DNA from: Spirochaetia bacterium
GTDB lineage: Bacteria; Spirochaetota; Spirochaetia; DSM-27196; Salinispiraceae
NCBI GenBank assembly: GCA_038204425.1
Contig: JBBRCZ010000010.1
Coordinates: 32,001 to 96,000 of the forward strand
Direction of reading: 5' to 3'
DNA length: 64,000 bases
The notes under the pieces were generated by a model that was not told where the DNA came from, did no database searches, and saw nothing but the letters and a program-made list of their open reading frames with translations. The position numbers and the translations under genes were made by a program. Below are positions 10,494 to 19,656 of this stretch, in pieces. Positions within the stretch are counted from its first letter, which is position 1, and every line of letters starts with the position of its first letter.

Positions 10494-11168
10494 CTATTCC
10501 TTTTTGACAAGGTCGATCTGCCCCTTGGCGGTCCAAAGATGGTTCTTGATGGTTTCGGCTTGTGGCGCAATTTTAAAGGCCTTGTTAAGAACTCCAACCG
10601 ATTCGGCCTGCTTGCCCAACTTAAACAATACCCAACCTAGGCTGTCCAAATAAGCAGGATTGTTGGGAACACTTCGAACGGCTTTGGAACAATAGAGAAA
10701 TGCCAAGTTGAGCCTGTTTCCGGTTTCTGCAAGTACATACCCCATCGAATTGAGTGCATTAGTGTTGCCAGGGTCCAACTTTAGCGCCTGTTCCAAATAA
10801 TTGATGCTCTCATCATGTTTTTTTTCGAGGCTAAGAACATGGCCCAAAGCGGCGTACACTTTGGCCGACTCATATCCGTCTTCAATCAGTTTTTTAAACT
10901 CAAGCGCCGAGAGTCTTGTTTGCTTGGTTTGTGCATACGAAAAGCCAAGCAACATTCTACATTGATACATTCGAGCAATATCGAGGTTTGATCCAACTGT
11001 TTGTTCTAGATATAAAAGCGCTTCTTCATATTTTTGAAGTCTTACATAGCACATACCAAGGTGATACGAGAACAAGGAATAGTCCTCTTCTTTGAGATCA
11101 GATGAAAGAAAGGACTTTAAGGCTTGTTGGTAGAGTCCCGCCTTATAAAGTACAACGCCTTCATTCAT
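10494..11168 (-). CDS. Tetratricopeptide repeat protein
   Basis: Several TPR units (ALKLDPGNTNALNSMGYVLA, PNNPAYLDSLGWVLFKLG). Start placed at ATG 11168, just after the surE stop. Confidence 0.8.
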   Translation of the reverse strand: MNEGVVLYKAGLYQQALKSFLSSDLKEEDYSLFSYHLGMCYVRLQKYEEALLYLEQTVGSNLDIARMYQCRMLLGFSYAQTKQTRLSALEFKKLIEDGYESAKVYAALGHVLSLEKKHDESINYLEQALKLDPGNTNALNSMGYVLAETGNRLNLAFLYCSKAVRSVPNNPAYLDSLGWVLFKLGKQAESVGVLNKAFKIAPQAETIKNHLWTAKGQIDLVKKE

Positions 11169-11178
11169 AGTGATCCTC

Positions 11179-11955
11179 CTATCCCTGATTGGGCAATTGA
11201 ACGGGATTAAGAACAAAACTCGCTTTGCCATAGACTTCATCGACCCTATTGTTCATAGGGTGTAGATGAATGGGACTCAGCGAAATCTGTCCACGACTGA
11301 CGGCGTTCCAGTCGCTTCCTTCTTCGGCGCTGGTATCAATTGGCGCACCTTTTACAAACCAATAATCATGACCAAGTGGTCCTGTATAACGAGTAAGTTG
11401 ATCATTATAATTTCTCAAGCAAGGATGGGTAATCTCAACCCCAGCATAAATACTAGTTTCGTTGGGCGCATTAATGTTTAAAAAGTGCTGTTTGTCAGAA
11501 AGCTTGGCAAAAAGCTCAAGATTGAGGCCAACAAAATCTGCGAGTGGTTCAAAACTCCATGGAGCACTAAAAGCATTAATACTTAAGGCAACTCCAGCAA
11601 TGCCCATGTAGGCGGCTTCTCTGGCTCCAGCTACCGTACCTGAGTAGGTAATGTCAGTACCAAGATTTGGACCATGGTTTATACCCGAAAGCACCAAGTC
11701 GGGTCTTTCTGGCATTATGCCCAAGACTGCAGTTCTGACGCAATCAGCTGGGCTGCCGCTAATTTCAAAACATCGTTCACGACGGTAAACTGACTTAATT
11801 GGTTCTTTAAGAGTAATGTAGTGCGACATGCCTGAACGCTCGCCATTAGGCGCAACAATCCACAATTCGTGCTTGTCCAAAAGATTGAGTCTTTTAAACA
11901 ACGTTTGCAGACCTTCGCTGTCAAAGCCGTCGTCATTAACCAGCAGAATCCGCAT
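11179..11955 (-). CDS. surE: 5'/3'-nucleotidase SurE
   Basis: MRILLVNDDG, SGSPADCV, DLVLSGINHGPNLG, YSGTVAGA. Confidence 0.95.
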   Translation of the reverse strand: MRILLVNDDGFDSEGLQTLFKRLNLLDKHELWIVAPNGERSGMSHYITLKEPIKSVYRRERCFEISGSPADCVRTAVLGIMPERPDLVLSGINHGPNLGTDITYSGTVAGAREAAYMGIAGVALSINAFSAPWSFEPLADFVGLNLELFAKLSDKQHFLNINAPNETSIYAGVEITHPCLRNYNDQLTRYTGPLGHDYWFVKGAPIDTSAEEGSDWNAVSRGQISLSPIHLHPMNNRVDEVYGKASFVLNPVQLPNQG

Positions 11956-13123
11956 CAGGTATCCTTTCTACACTCGCCCCTGCCGAAGGAAGGATTCGGC
12001 GGACTGGTAACTTAAATCCAAAAATCCGTTCGTATTCTTCCACAAAGCTCTTTAGTTGGCTCTCAATTATTTCTGGTTTTCCTTGACACAAAAGAACCAC
12101 TCCGCCGCCAAAACCTCCACCGAGCATTCTCGCTCCTTGATATGACGGCACGTTTTGGGCATGTTTAGCAATCCAATCCAACTCAGGACACGAGCAATCA
12201 TAGACATCCCTTAAACTATCGTGTGACCGAGTCATGTGCCTACCAAGTGCTTCAAACTGAGTTGCCTCAACACAATCAATAGCAAGATTGATACGCAATT
12301 CTTCGCTATGAATGTGCTGACAGATGCGGCGCTTGTCTTCGTTCATGCTAGAAATCGCTTGATTGAGTTCTCTAATACCGATATCACGTACATCTTTATA
12401 GCCAGTTTTTTGTTTAAGACTTGGTCTTATGGACAGATAGAGCGCTTCTCTTTCTCGCAAATCTTCCTGCACACCACTTGCAACTACCGAAGAATCCAAA
12501 AAATAAAAGTGGTGCTGTCCATCGGTTATTCTTAGTGAACGATTCTCTAAACTGCGTAAATCTAAATGATAGCACGCACCGGCATGGGCATGAAAACTTA
12601 TGAAACACGACGAGACCTGGCTCGGACGTTGCATAAACTGAGTTTCTGCAGTGTAAGAAACGTAAACAAGTTGGGCATCTGTCAAAGAAAACTTGTACAT
12701 TTCGCAGAGCGCCAAGCTTGTAGCAACGGTAAGTGCACTGGAAGAAGCCAGCCCTTTGTTGAGTGGTACTTCGCCATGAACTAGAAAATCTACGCCACTG
12801 ATTGTACAGCCAAGGTTATCAAGGCCAAGTAAAACGCCTTTTAAAAGGTTGGCCCAGCGATCTTCTTTTTTGTATTTTAGCGAAGCTAAGGCGCATTTTT
12901 TATGGTCGTTGGCTTGCGTACTAAACATCTTTACCAAATGATCTTGGCGGGGTGCAACCGCTACCCAAACTCGTTCTGCTATTGCAAAACCTAGGGTCTG
13001 ACCTTTGGCATATTCAATTTGTTCACCAAAAAGATGTACTACCCCGGGAGCAGAAGCAAGTGCGCGCGGACTTTGGCCATATTCCTTAATAAAAAGTTCA
13101 TCTATCAAAGCAGGTACAGGCAA
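11936..13123 (-). CDS. Galactokinase-like GHMP protein (catalytic residues apparently substituted)
   Basis: APGVVHLFGEQIEY, VPLNKGLASSSA, SHDSLRDVYDCSCPELD, GARMLGGGFGG; TTG start with SD GAGGGG. Confidence 0.8.
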   Translation of the reverse strand: MPVPALIDELFIKEYGQSPRALASAPGVVHLFGEQIEYAKGQTLGFAIAERVWVAVAPRQDHLVKMFSTQANDHKKCALASLKYKKEDRWANLLKGVLLGLDNLGCTISGVDFLVHGEVPLNKGLASSSALTVATSLALCEMYKFSLTDAQLVYVSYTAETQFMQRPSQVSSCFISFHAHAGACYHLDLRSLENRSLRITDGQHHFYFLDSSVVASGVQEDLREREALYLSIRPSLKQKTGYKDVRDIGIRELNQAISSMNEDKRRICQHIHSEELRINLAIDCVEATQFEALGRHMTRSHDSLRDVYDCSCPELDWIAKHAQNVPSYQGARMLGGGFGGGVVLLCQGKPEIIESQLKSFVEEYERIFGFKLPVRRILPSAGASVERIPDADSAG

Positions 13124-13182
13124 TATAACCCCTCACATGCATCAATCTTACTCCAAATTGTCCTTGTGCGACAACGGGAGCC

Positions 13183-13229
13183 AAAAAAAAGAAAAAAAAA
13201 GCTGCCGTGGTTTTGATCACCACAACAGC
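13183..13229 (-). terminator. Intrinsic terminator after rho-rpmE
   Basis: Minus-strand hairpin GCTGTTGTGG-loop-CCACGGCAGC followed by T9-C-T8. Confidence 0.85.
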
Positions 13230-13272
13230 CTCTTGCAGAGCAGCAGATTGCGCTCTCAAACGCAACCAAACC

Positions 13273-13533
13273 TTATTTGGCTTTGGCAGCGCTCACATTG
13301 TACTTGCGATTGAATCGTTCTACACGGCCAGCTGTGTCAACCAATTGTTGTTTACCGGTAAAGAATGGATGGCTTGCAGATGAAATTTCCATCTCGTGCA
13401 TTGGGTATTCTTTGCCGTCGTCATACTTGATGGTGTGACGGGTTTCAATAGTTGACTGAGTCAAGAAAAGCTTGCCAGTTGCAATGTCCTTAAAAACGAC
13501 ATAGCGGTAGTTGGGATGAATATCAGGTTTCAT
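13273..13533 (-). CDS. rpmE2: 50S ribosomal protein L31, type B (zinc-free)
   Basis: [16 protein letters not shown]...[27 protein letters not shown]; no Cys; start 13533 with SD AAGGAG. Confidence 0.92.
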   Translation of the reverse strand: MKPDIHPNYRYVVFKDIATGKLFLTQSTIETRHTIKYDDGKEYPMHEMEISSASHPFFTGKQQLVDTAGRVERFNRKYNVSAAKAK

Positions 13534-13599
13534 TTCGTTCGGTTCTCCTTGCTCCCCTCCGTACATTCGCCGGGAAAGAGCGTATTTACTGTCCTTGCC

Positions 13600-15639
13600 T
13601 CAATCTGCGGTTGCGGCGGAGGTATTCATAGACCTCAGGAAGGCCTCATTATTCTTGGTTTTCTTCATTCTGTCAATCAGTAATTCGATGATCTCATTGT
13701 CATCCATTGGGTTAATAACCTTTCTAAGTACCCACATTTTGTCGAGCTCTTCTTTGGTCAAGAGCAGGTCTTCACGTCGTGTACCAGATCGTTTGATGTT
13801 AACTGCTGGAAACAATCGCCGATCGGCAATCTTGCGATCAAGATTGACTTCCATGTTACCTGTTCCTTTAAACTCTTCAAAAATAACTTCGTCCATTCGA
13901 CTGCCTGTTTCGATCAGAGCTGTGGCAACAATGGTCAGGCTACCGCCACCCTCGATGTTTCGAGCAGCACCAAAAAAGCGTTTTGGTTTGTGTAAGGCGT
14001 TTGAATCGACGCCGCCAGAAAGAATCTTTCCAGAAGTTGGTACCGTTTGATTGTAAGCCCGGGCCAAGCGCGTAATGGAGTCAAGAAGAATTACAACATC
14101 CTTATTGTGCTCAACCAATCGTTTGGCTTTTTCAAGCACCATCTCAGCAACTTGTACGTGCCGAGTTGCTTGCTCATCAAAAGTAGAACTGATGACTTCT
14201 GCCTTAACGTTACGCTGCATGTCGGTTACTTCTTCTGGACGTTCGTCTATCAGCAAAACTATCAAATAAACATCTGGATTGTTCTCAGTAATCGCATTGG
14301 CAATCTTCTGCAAAAGTATGGTCTTACCGGTTCGGGGCGGAGCGACAACCAAACCGCGCTGTCCCTTGCCAATCGGACTAAAAAGGTTGAGCAATCGCGT
14401 TGCAACATCACCGTCTCGCGTTTCCAAGTTGAGCCGCACATCAGGATACAGAGGTGTGAGATTTTCGAAAGGGATGCGAGTTTGTGCAACCGAAGGGTGA
14501 TCAAAGTTAACGGTTTCTACACGCAACATAGCAAAAAAGCGTTCACCCTCTTTTGGAGGTCGAATCTGTCCATACACCGTATCACCGGTCTTGAGGTTAA
14601 AAAGCCTAATCTGTGAAGGAGAAATGTAGATGTCGTCTGGACCAGCCAAATAAGAGTTTTGTGGAGAACGCAAGAAACCATAACCATCCTGAAGAATTTC
14701 TAGTGCACCGTATGCATAGATGCTGCCTGATCTATCCGTGTGTGATTTTAGAATGGCAAAAATAACTTCTTGCTTCTTGAGCGCAACCAAATTTTCTTGA
14801 TTGGTGCCATAACCAAGAGCAATACTGCGCAGATCCTTCATGCCCATCCAAATAAGGTCATTGATAAGCAAGCTACGTGGGTCACGCTTGCCGCCGGCAA
14901 AGGCCATCTTAAAGGCTTCGGGTGTGTAGGTAAAAGCCGACGAAAAACTGATGCCATTCTGGTCCCAGTCTGGAAAACTTTCTTTTGGCACGGTCGCTGG
15001 GTCGACTATCACATCTTGTTCGTTGCCCTCATTTCCAAGGTCTTTAGGAAAACGATTGACGTTATCGTGTCGATTGTTGCCGCGATAATTATCGCGACTG
15101 CTGTCTCGGCTGTTATCGCGGCTGTTGTCACGATTTCCGTCCCGATTGTTATCACGACTTCCGTCCCGACCAGTGTTTCTATTGTTGCGATGCTCACGGT
15201 AGTTGGGATTTCTGCTCGGTTGCGGAGCGTGATTTGATTGGCTAGCAGGTTCGGCGCTGCGGCGACTTTGTTCGGTTTCACTTGAAGGAAGACTATGCAC
15301 CGGTTCCGCTTTGAGCTCGTCGACGGCATCCACTACAATCTTTTTTTTTCTGATTATGCGCTTTTCTGAATTATTCTCTGAATTATTCTCTGAATTATTC
15401 TCTGAATTATTCTCTGAATTATTCTCAGAACTATTCTCAGAACTATTCTCTGAATTATTCTCAGAACTATTGTCGCTTGTGATCTGTGTACTTCCTGTGA
15501 AGCTTTGATCAACGTTGTTGGATTCAACGGCATCGGCTGGGTTAGTACCAGTCTGCTTGGAAACGTCATCGGTGAGAGTCAAACCAATTTGGTGTTCGTC
15601 TTCCGAATCTCCGCTTTTTTTTCTTCGGATTATCGGCAT
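13600..15639 (-). CDS. rho: Transcription termination factor Rho with long low-complexity N-terminal extension
   Basis: [57 protein letters not shown]. Confidence 0.97.
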   Translation of the reverse strand: MPIIRRKKSGDSEDEHQIGLTLTDDVSKQTGTNPADAVESNNVDQSFTGSTQITSDNSSENNSENSSENSSENNSENNSENNSENNSENNSEKRIIRKKKIVVDAVDELKAEPVHSLPSSETEQSRRSAEPASQSNHAPQPSRNPNYREHRNNRNTGRDGSRDNNRDGNRDNSRDNSRDSSRDNYRGNNRHDNVNRFPKDLGNEGNEQDVIVDPATVPKESFPDWDQNGISFSSAFTYTPEAFKMAFAGGKRDPRSLLINDLIWMGMKDLRSIALGYGTNQENLVALKKQEVIFAILKSHTDRSGSIYAYGALEILQDGYGFLRSPQNSYLAGPDDIYISPSQIRLFNLKTGDTVYGQIRPPKEGERFFAMLRVETVNFDHPSVAQTRIPFENLTPLYPDVRLNLETRDGDVATRLLNLFSPIGKGQRGLVVAPPRTGKTILLQKIANAITENNPDVYLIVLLIDERPEEVTDMQRNVKAEVISSTFDEQATRHVQVAEMVLEKAKRLVEHNKDVVILLDSITRLARAYNQTVPTSGKILSGGVDSNALHKPKRFFGAARNIEGGGSLTIVATALIETGSRMDEVIFEEFKGTGNMEVNLDRKIADRRLFPAVNIKRSGTRREDLLLTKEELDKMWVLRKVINPMDDNEIIELLIDRMKKTKNNEAFLRSMNTSAATAD
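15061..15189 (-). repeat. Degenerate RDxx tetrapeptide repeat in the Rho N-terminus
   Basis: [43 protein letters not shown]; codons are diverged between units. Confidence 0.85.
15364..15477 (-). repeat. 12-bp tandem repeat encoding SEN(N/S) x8 in rho
   Basis: Plus strand (attattctctga)n with actattctcaga-type variants; protein [16 protein letters not shown](SENN)5-SE. Confidence 0.95.
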
Positions 15640-15731
15640 TAAAGGCTCCAGATTTTCTGAAAGGATTTTTCAAACAGTATAAAGACCGTTTGCTGACCAA
15701 TGGCCGCACATATAATGTTTGGGAATGTTAT

Positions 15732-15760
15732 AACTTACCTCAGCATAAAACGCATGTCAA
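15732..15760 (-). promoter_or_regulatory. sigma70-like promoter of rho
   Basis: TTGACA-N17-TAAGTT. Confidence 0.7.
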
Positions 15761-15784
15761 GAATAAAAAAACTTTTTGGACAGA

Positions 15785-16219
15785 TTAGTTTTGCTGCTGT
15801 TCTTCATCAGAAAGGCGAATTGAACGTCTAAGGTCTTTCAAAACACTAGAAAAGACATCAATTTCTTCTACGTTCCTAATCATCTCACACTTTCCTTCAA
15901 AAATAACACCGTCGGCGATTCTTAATGTTGCCGCTTTGAGATTACCGTAAACATGACTGCCTGGCAAAAGTTCGATACCTCGCTTGGCCTCTACATTTCC
16001 ATGTACTTCTCCGGCGATCACGACTTCTTCGGCAAGTACTTCTGCTTTTATCAACGCGCCTTCTTCAATAAAAAGAAAACCTTTTGCATCAATGGTACCT
16101 TCAAAACGACCAGATATCTTGAGATTGCTAGAAAAACGTAAGGTGCCTTTTAGCTGTGCATCTTTGCCAATACGTGTGGCGATTGTAGGCAACTGGTAAC
16201 CTTGCAGGGAATGGGACAT
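15785..16219 (-). CDS. Bactofilin (polymer-forming cytoskeletal protein)
   Basis: TRIGKDAQLKGTLRFSSNLKISGRFEGTI...VIAGEVHGNV...GVIFEGKCEM beta-helix repeats. Confidence 0.9.
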   Translation of the reverse strand: MSHSLQGYQLPTIATRIGKDAQLKGTLRFSSNLKISGRFEGTIDAKGFLFIEEGALIKAEVLAEEVVIAGEVHGNVEAKRGIELLPGSHVYGNLKAATLRIADGVIFEGKCEMIRNVEEIDVFSSVLKDLRRSIRLSDEEQQQN

Positions 16220-16239
16220 GCTTGCTCTCTTAAGATTAT

Positions 16240-16461
16240 TTACTTGGTCTTCATTACAAAGACGCCGTCCCAGTCATCAGCTGGTGGATTTTCTAAATAG
16301 TGTCTGCAACGTGCTGCGTAGACTTTTGCAGGACCATCTTCGGGATCAATATCCAAGGCCTTTTGAAACACCGCGCGAGCTGCTTCAAAATTCATAAGCT
16401 TGTACTCTTTTCTGCCTTGTGAGAACAATTCCAAAACTTGTCGTTTTTGGTCGCTAATCAA
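16240..16461 (-). CDS. 73-aa TPR-like mini-protein resembling the C-terminal tail of class III nucleotide cyclases
   Basis: ATGA overlap with the upstream gene; motif F..A...F..AL..DPEDGPAKVYAARC..YL.NPP.DDWDGVFVMKTK. Confidence 0.75.
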   Translation of the reverse strand: MISDQKRQVLELFSQGRKEYKLMNFEAARAVFQKALDIDPEDGPAKVYAARCRHYLENPPADDWDGVFVMKTK

Positions 16462-17201
16462 GCCTTTACTCCATTGAGATTTTTTTCTTTTTCTCTATAG
16501 TTATTGAAATGCTTTTGGTAACGTTGTTCAAGCCCTTCTACAGAAATTTCTTCTTGTTTGAGTTGCCCCTCTCTGCTCTTTAGGTCAGCTATTTCCTCTT
16601 CAAGACCTTGGATAGTTGCTAGGGTTTCTTCGCTTTCTCTCATAACCTTTTCTACAAACGCAGAAACTTGCTCGGAGTCAAACCTGTTAAGAGATCTAGC
16701 TGCTTCCATTATTTCTTGCACAGGTTTTTTGACATGGCCTGTAAAGTAAACGAGTGAACTATTGAGCGACTCAATAATGTTGATACGATTTTCACGCTTA
16801 ATGACTTGGCGAGAAAGTTCCTTTCCGCGCAAAACAGCCTTAATACGGGCCAAAACTTCTGAAAAATTGAAGGGCTTGGTAATGTAGTCTTCGACGCCAA
16901 GCTCAAAACCTTCTATCTTGTCTTTGACATCGTCCATCGCAGAAAACATAATAATCGGAATATCACAAAATTCATCAAAGCGCGGGTCATTTTTAATTAT
17001 TCGGGTAACTTCCCAACCAGACAGTCGTGGCATGATATTGTCGAGAATAATCAAATCGGGTTTTGTCTCCACCAGTTTTTCTAAAGCTTGCTCTCCGTCT
17101 TCTGCCTTCTCAACCAGAAAGCCAAGTTTAGAAAGCATAACTTCAAAAAAGTCCAAGTTAATTTGTTCATCATCTACAATCAGAATTTTGTCTTTATGCA
17201 T
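16458..17201 (-). CDS. Response regulator: receiver domain + helical DHp-like/coiled-coil output
   Basis: ILIVDDE, ILDNIMP (phospho-Asp), FSA, YITKPF; helical C-terminus with FTGHVKKPV; no DNA-binding or HATPase domain. Confidence 0.85.
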   Translation of the reverse strand: MHKDKILIVDDEQINLDFFEVMLSKLGFLVEKAEDGEQALEKLVETKPDLIILDNIMPRLSGWEVTRIIKNDPRFDEFCDIPIIMFSAMDDVKDKIEGFELGVEDYITKPFNFSEVLARIKAVLRGKELSRQVIKRENRINIIESLNSSLVYFTGHVKKPVQEIMEAARSLNRFDSEQVSAFVEKVMRESEETLATIQGLEEEIADLKSREGQLKQEEISVEGLEQRYQKHFNNYREKEKNLNGVKA

Positions 17202-17239
17202 ATCGATCTACCTTGCTTGTATTTTGCCGGTAAAAGCCG

Positions 17240-18916
17240 CTAACTGTCAACAGTTACTTTTCTGACTTGGGCAAGTCTGTAGCATGCCGCAGCTATCAAT
17301 AGGAGCAAAGCAGCAATGACCAAGATTATTGCTAAAAAATCTCCATGTGTCTGATAAAACGTTGGCACCTGTTTTTTTACTAGCGGAGCATTTACCAAAA
17401 GGTAGCTTTCGGTAAATGGTTTGTTCATCAGAACTATATGGCCATCTGGATCAATAAGGCCGCTCATGCCGCCGTTGGTACTTCTTACCACAGACAGACG
17501 ATTTTCGATGGCTCTAAAGATAGCAATGGCCATGTGTTGCATCGCGCCAGGCACCGATTGAGACCATGAGTCATTGGATATATTGACTATCATGTCGGCG
17601 CCTCGGGCAGCAAATTCCCGACTGTGCTGACCAAAGGTATCTTCAAAACAGATAGGCGTTCCAAATTTAAATCCTGCAGCTTCCATGATGACATATTCTT
17701 TGCCTTCGTTCCAAACTGTAGTGTTGTTGTCTTCAAGAAGCTGCTTAATCCAAGGGAAGGTATCTGCATAGGGAAAATGCTCAGTAAAAGGAACAAGGTG
17801 AATTTTATGATATACGGACTTTAGTTGCCCTTTTTCATAGAGCATAGCTGCATTATAGTCCCGTCTGGCTAATCGGCCTTCTTGATCTCGGTAGGCTTGG
17901 GCATCGCCGTTGCCAAGTAAAACTGGCACCTCAACCGTGGCAAGATAGTCAAGCAAGTTTTTAACTAGTTGGAACCTGTCTTCGTTGACTCGATATTGAT
18001 AGTGAAACCTAATTGCTGGAATAATAGAAGTCTCAGACCAAAGCACCATATCGGTTTCGGGGTGAGCACTTAATCCGGCCTCGGTCTGCCGAATGTGTTT
18101 ATCAAGTCCTTCTTGATAGGCGGCTGTTGTCTTAGCAGGGTCGCTATTGGCCGCAGCAACCTTCCAAGGGTCAAAGTTTTGTTGTATTAGCAGCAAATTT
18201 TTGCGTGGGGCATCGGTAAAGTCTACTTGACTGAGTCTACCGGCCACGACCGAAAAGCCAAGCGCAAGCAGCCAAAGTGCGGCAAATATCCAACGCTTAA
18301 GCAAGAAAGTCTTGAGACCAGCGCTATGATCTTTCTGGCGCCAGAACCAGGCCAGCATGAGTGAGGGGAAGACCAAAAGCAGGCTGATGCCCCATGGTCC
18401 CCAAATGGCTGCACTTTGCACAAAAAACAAGGCTTGGTATTGACTGTACGCTAAAATGCCATAAGGATAGCCGAGAAAACCTTGAGTTTTGGCATATTCG
18501 TAGACTACCCAAAGCATCGCTTGTACAACAAAGCCCCAATTTGGCAGCAGTTTTGCCGTCAACCTCATAAGCAGTACGATAACTAAGTACCACATCATAT
18601 AAATGCTTGGCACGATGAGGATAGCAAGTGGATGATAAACGGCCAACCAATAGTTGAACAAAGCGTACGAGGCAAAGCCCCAATATGGCCCGTACAAGAA
18701 AAGCCGTTTCCACGGACAAGAGTTAATAACTATAAAGGCGGGAAACAAAGCGATCCAAGCCAAAAAACCAAAGCCGGTATCACTCAAAGGGTTTGGAAAA
18801 CTCAAACAAAAAAGGACTGCCGAAAGTGTCAGCAGTCCAAGTTCTTTAAAAGCAGATGTTTGGCCCCCAGGAATTACGATCCTGGAATTTTTAGCCCCTA
18901 AGCGTCCAAGCAGCAT
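17240..18916 (-). CDS. lnt: Apolipoprotein N-acyltransferase
   Basis: Multiple TM segments; triad motifs WSET, YHKIHLVPFTE and ICFED; SNDSW, RAIENR. Start 18916 (SD AAGGAG) overlaps the end of the HU gene. Confidence 0.93.
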   Translation of the reverse strand: MLLGRLGAKNSRIVIPGGQTSAFKELGLLTLSAVLFCLSFPNPLSDTGFGFLAWIALFPAFIVINSCPWKRLFLYGPYWGFASYALFNYWLAVYHPLAILIVPSIYMMWYLVIVLLMRLTAKLLPNWGFVVQAMLWVVYEYAKTQGFLGYPYGILAYSQYQALFFVQSAAIWGPWGISLLLVFPSLMLAWFWRQKDHSAGLKTFLLKRWIFAALWLLALGFSVVAGRLSQVDFTDAPRKNLLLIQQNFDPWKVAAANSDPAKTTAAYQEGLDKHIRQTEAGLSAHPETDMVLWSETSIIPAIRFHYQYRVNEDRFQLVKNLLDYLATVEVPVLLGNGDAQAYRDQEGRLARRDYNAAMLYEKGQLKSVYHKIHLVPFTEHFPYADTFPWIKQLLEDNNTTVWNEGKEYVIMEAAGFKFGTPICFEDTFGQHSREFAARGADMIVNISNDSWSQSVPGAMQHMAIAIFRAIENRLSVVRSTNGGMSGLIDPDGHIVLMNKPFTESYLLVNAPLVKKQVPTFYQTHGDFLAIILVIAALLLLIAAACYRLAQVRKVTVDS

Positions 18917-19193
18917 CTTTGAGCTCCTTACCTGGTCTAAAGCTAACAACACCATGATCTTGAACCTTTACGGTCTGACCAGTTTTGGGATTACGAGCTT
19001 TTTCGCGTCCTTTGCGGGTTTTGATTTCAAAAGTACCAAAACCCCTAAACTCGATCACCCTATCATTCAGAAGTGCTTCTTTGAGTTCTTGAAAGAACGA
19101 ATCAACGACATCATGAATATCCTTTTTGGTAAGGCCCGTATCATCAGAGATGCTTTCTACTATCTCCGCTTTGGTCAACTTCGTCAAACTCAT
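18891..19193 (-). CDS. HU/IHF-family DNA-binding protein (Hbb-like)
   Basis: LTKAEIV, IEFRGFGTFEIKTRKGREKARNPKTG, FRPGKELK. Confidence 0.93.
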   Translation of the reverse strand: MSLTKLTKAEIVESISDDTGLTKKDIHDVVDSFFQELKEALLNDRVIEFRGFGTFEIKTRKGREKARNPKTGQTVKVQDHGVVSFRPGKELKDAAWTLRG

Positions 19194-19261
19194 ATCAACT
19201 CCTCGCTTACATTTTCAGTAAAGGCATAGACAACAGACGGCAATGGTCTGTGTACAAGCTA

Positions 19262-19525
19262 TTAATTTCCGAGTGCGTTGAGCTTCTGGGCAAGACGGGA
19301 CTTTCTGCGAGCAACTAAATTGCTATGAACAATACCCTTGCCGGACGCTGTATCAAGCAACTTTTGAACAAGTTGGAAATCTGCACTTGCAACAGCCTTG
19401 TCCTTTGCATCTACACTAGATAGGAATTTTTTAACCGCAGTCTTTATGGTACTCTTAGACATGCGATTGCGCATGCGTCGGCCCAAGTTCTGGCGATTTC
19501 TTTTTATAGCGGACTTTTTAGCCAA
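19262..19525 (-). CDS. rpsT: 30S ribosomal protein S20
   Basis: KSAIKRNRQN...RN...KSTIKTAVKK...KGIVHSN..ARRKSRL. Confidence 0.95.
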   Translation of the reverse strand: MAKKSAIKRNRQNLGRRMRNRMSKSTIKTAVKKFLSSVDAKDKAVASADFQLVQKLLDTASGKGIVHSNLVARRKSRLAQKLNALGN

Positions 19526-19562
19526 GAGACAACCTCCAAATCACAAATTATTATGGTGTCGA

Positions 19563-19592
19563 ACCTTAACATAGAAGCAAAAGCGCTGTCAA
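19563..19592 (-). promoter_or_regulatory. sigma70-like promoter of rpsT-HU-lnt
   Basis: TTGACA-N18-TAAGGT with extended TG. Confidence 0.55.
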
Positions 19593-19656
19593 CAAATTGG
19601 GATTGAATCTTGCAGAACTCTTTGTATAAGATAGGCACACATCGAGGGGGACTTGG

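Noticed and set aside
15364..15477. Possible CRISPR array
   Set aside because: Head-to-tail 12-mers with no spacers, in frame in rho, and no cas genes.
15311..15569. Alternative-frame ORFs with (SELF)n and (RIIQ)n repeats
   Set aside because: Shadows of the 12-bp repeat within rho.
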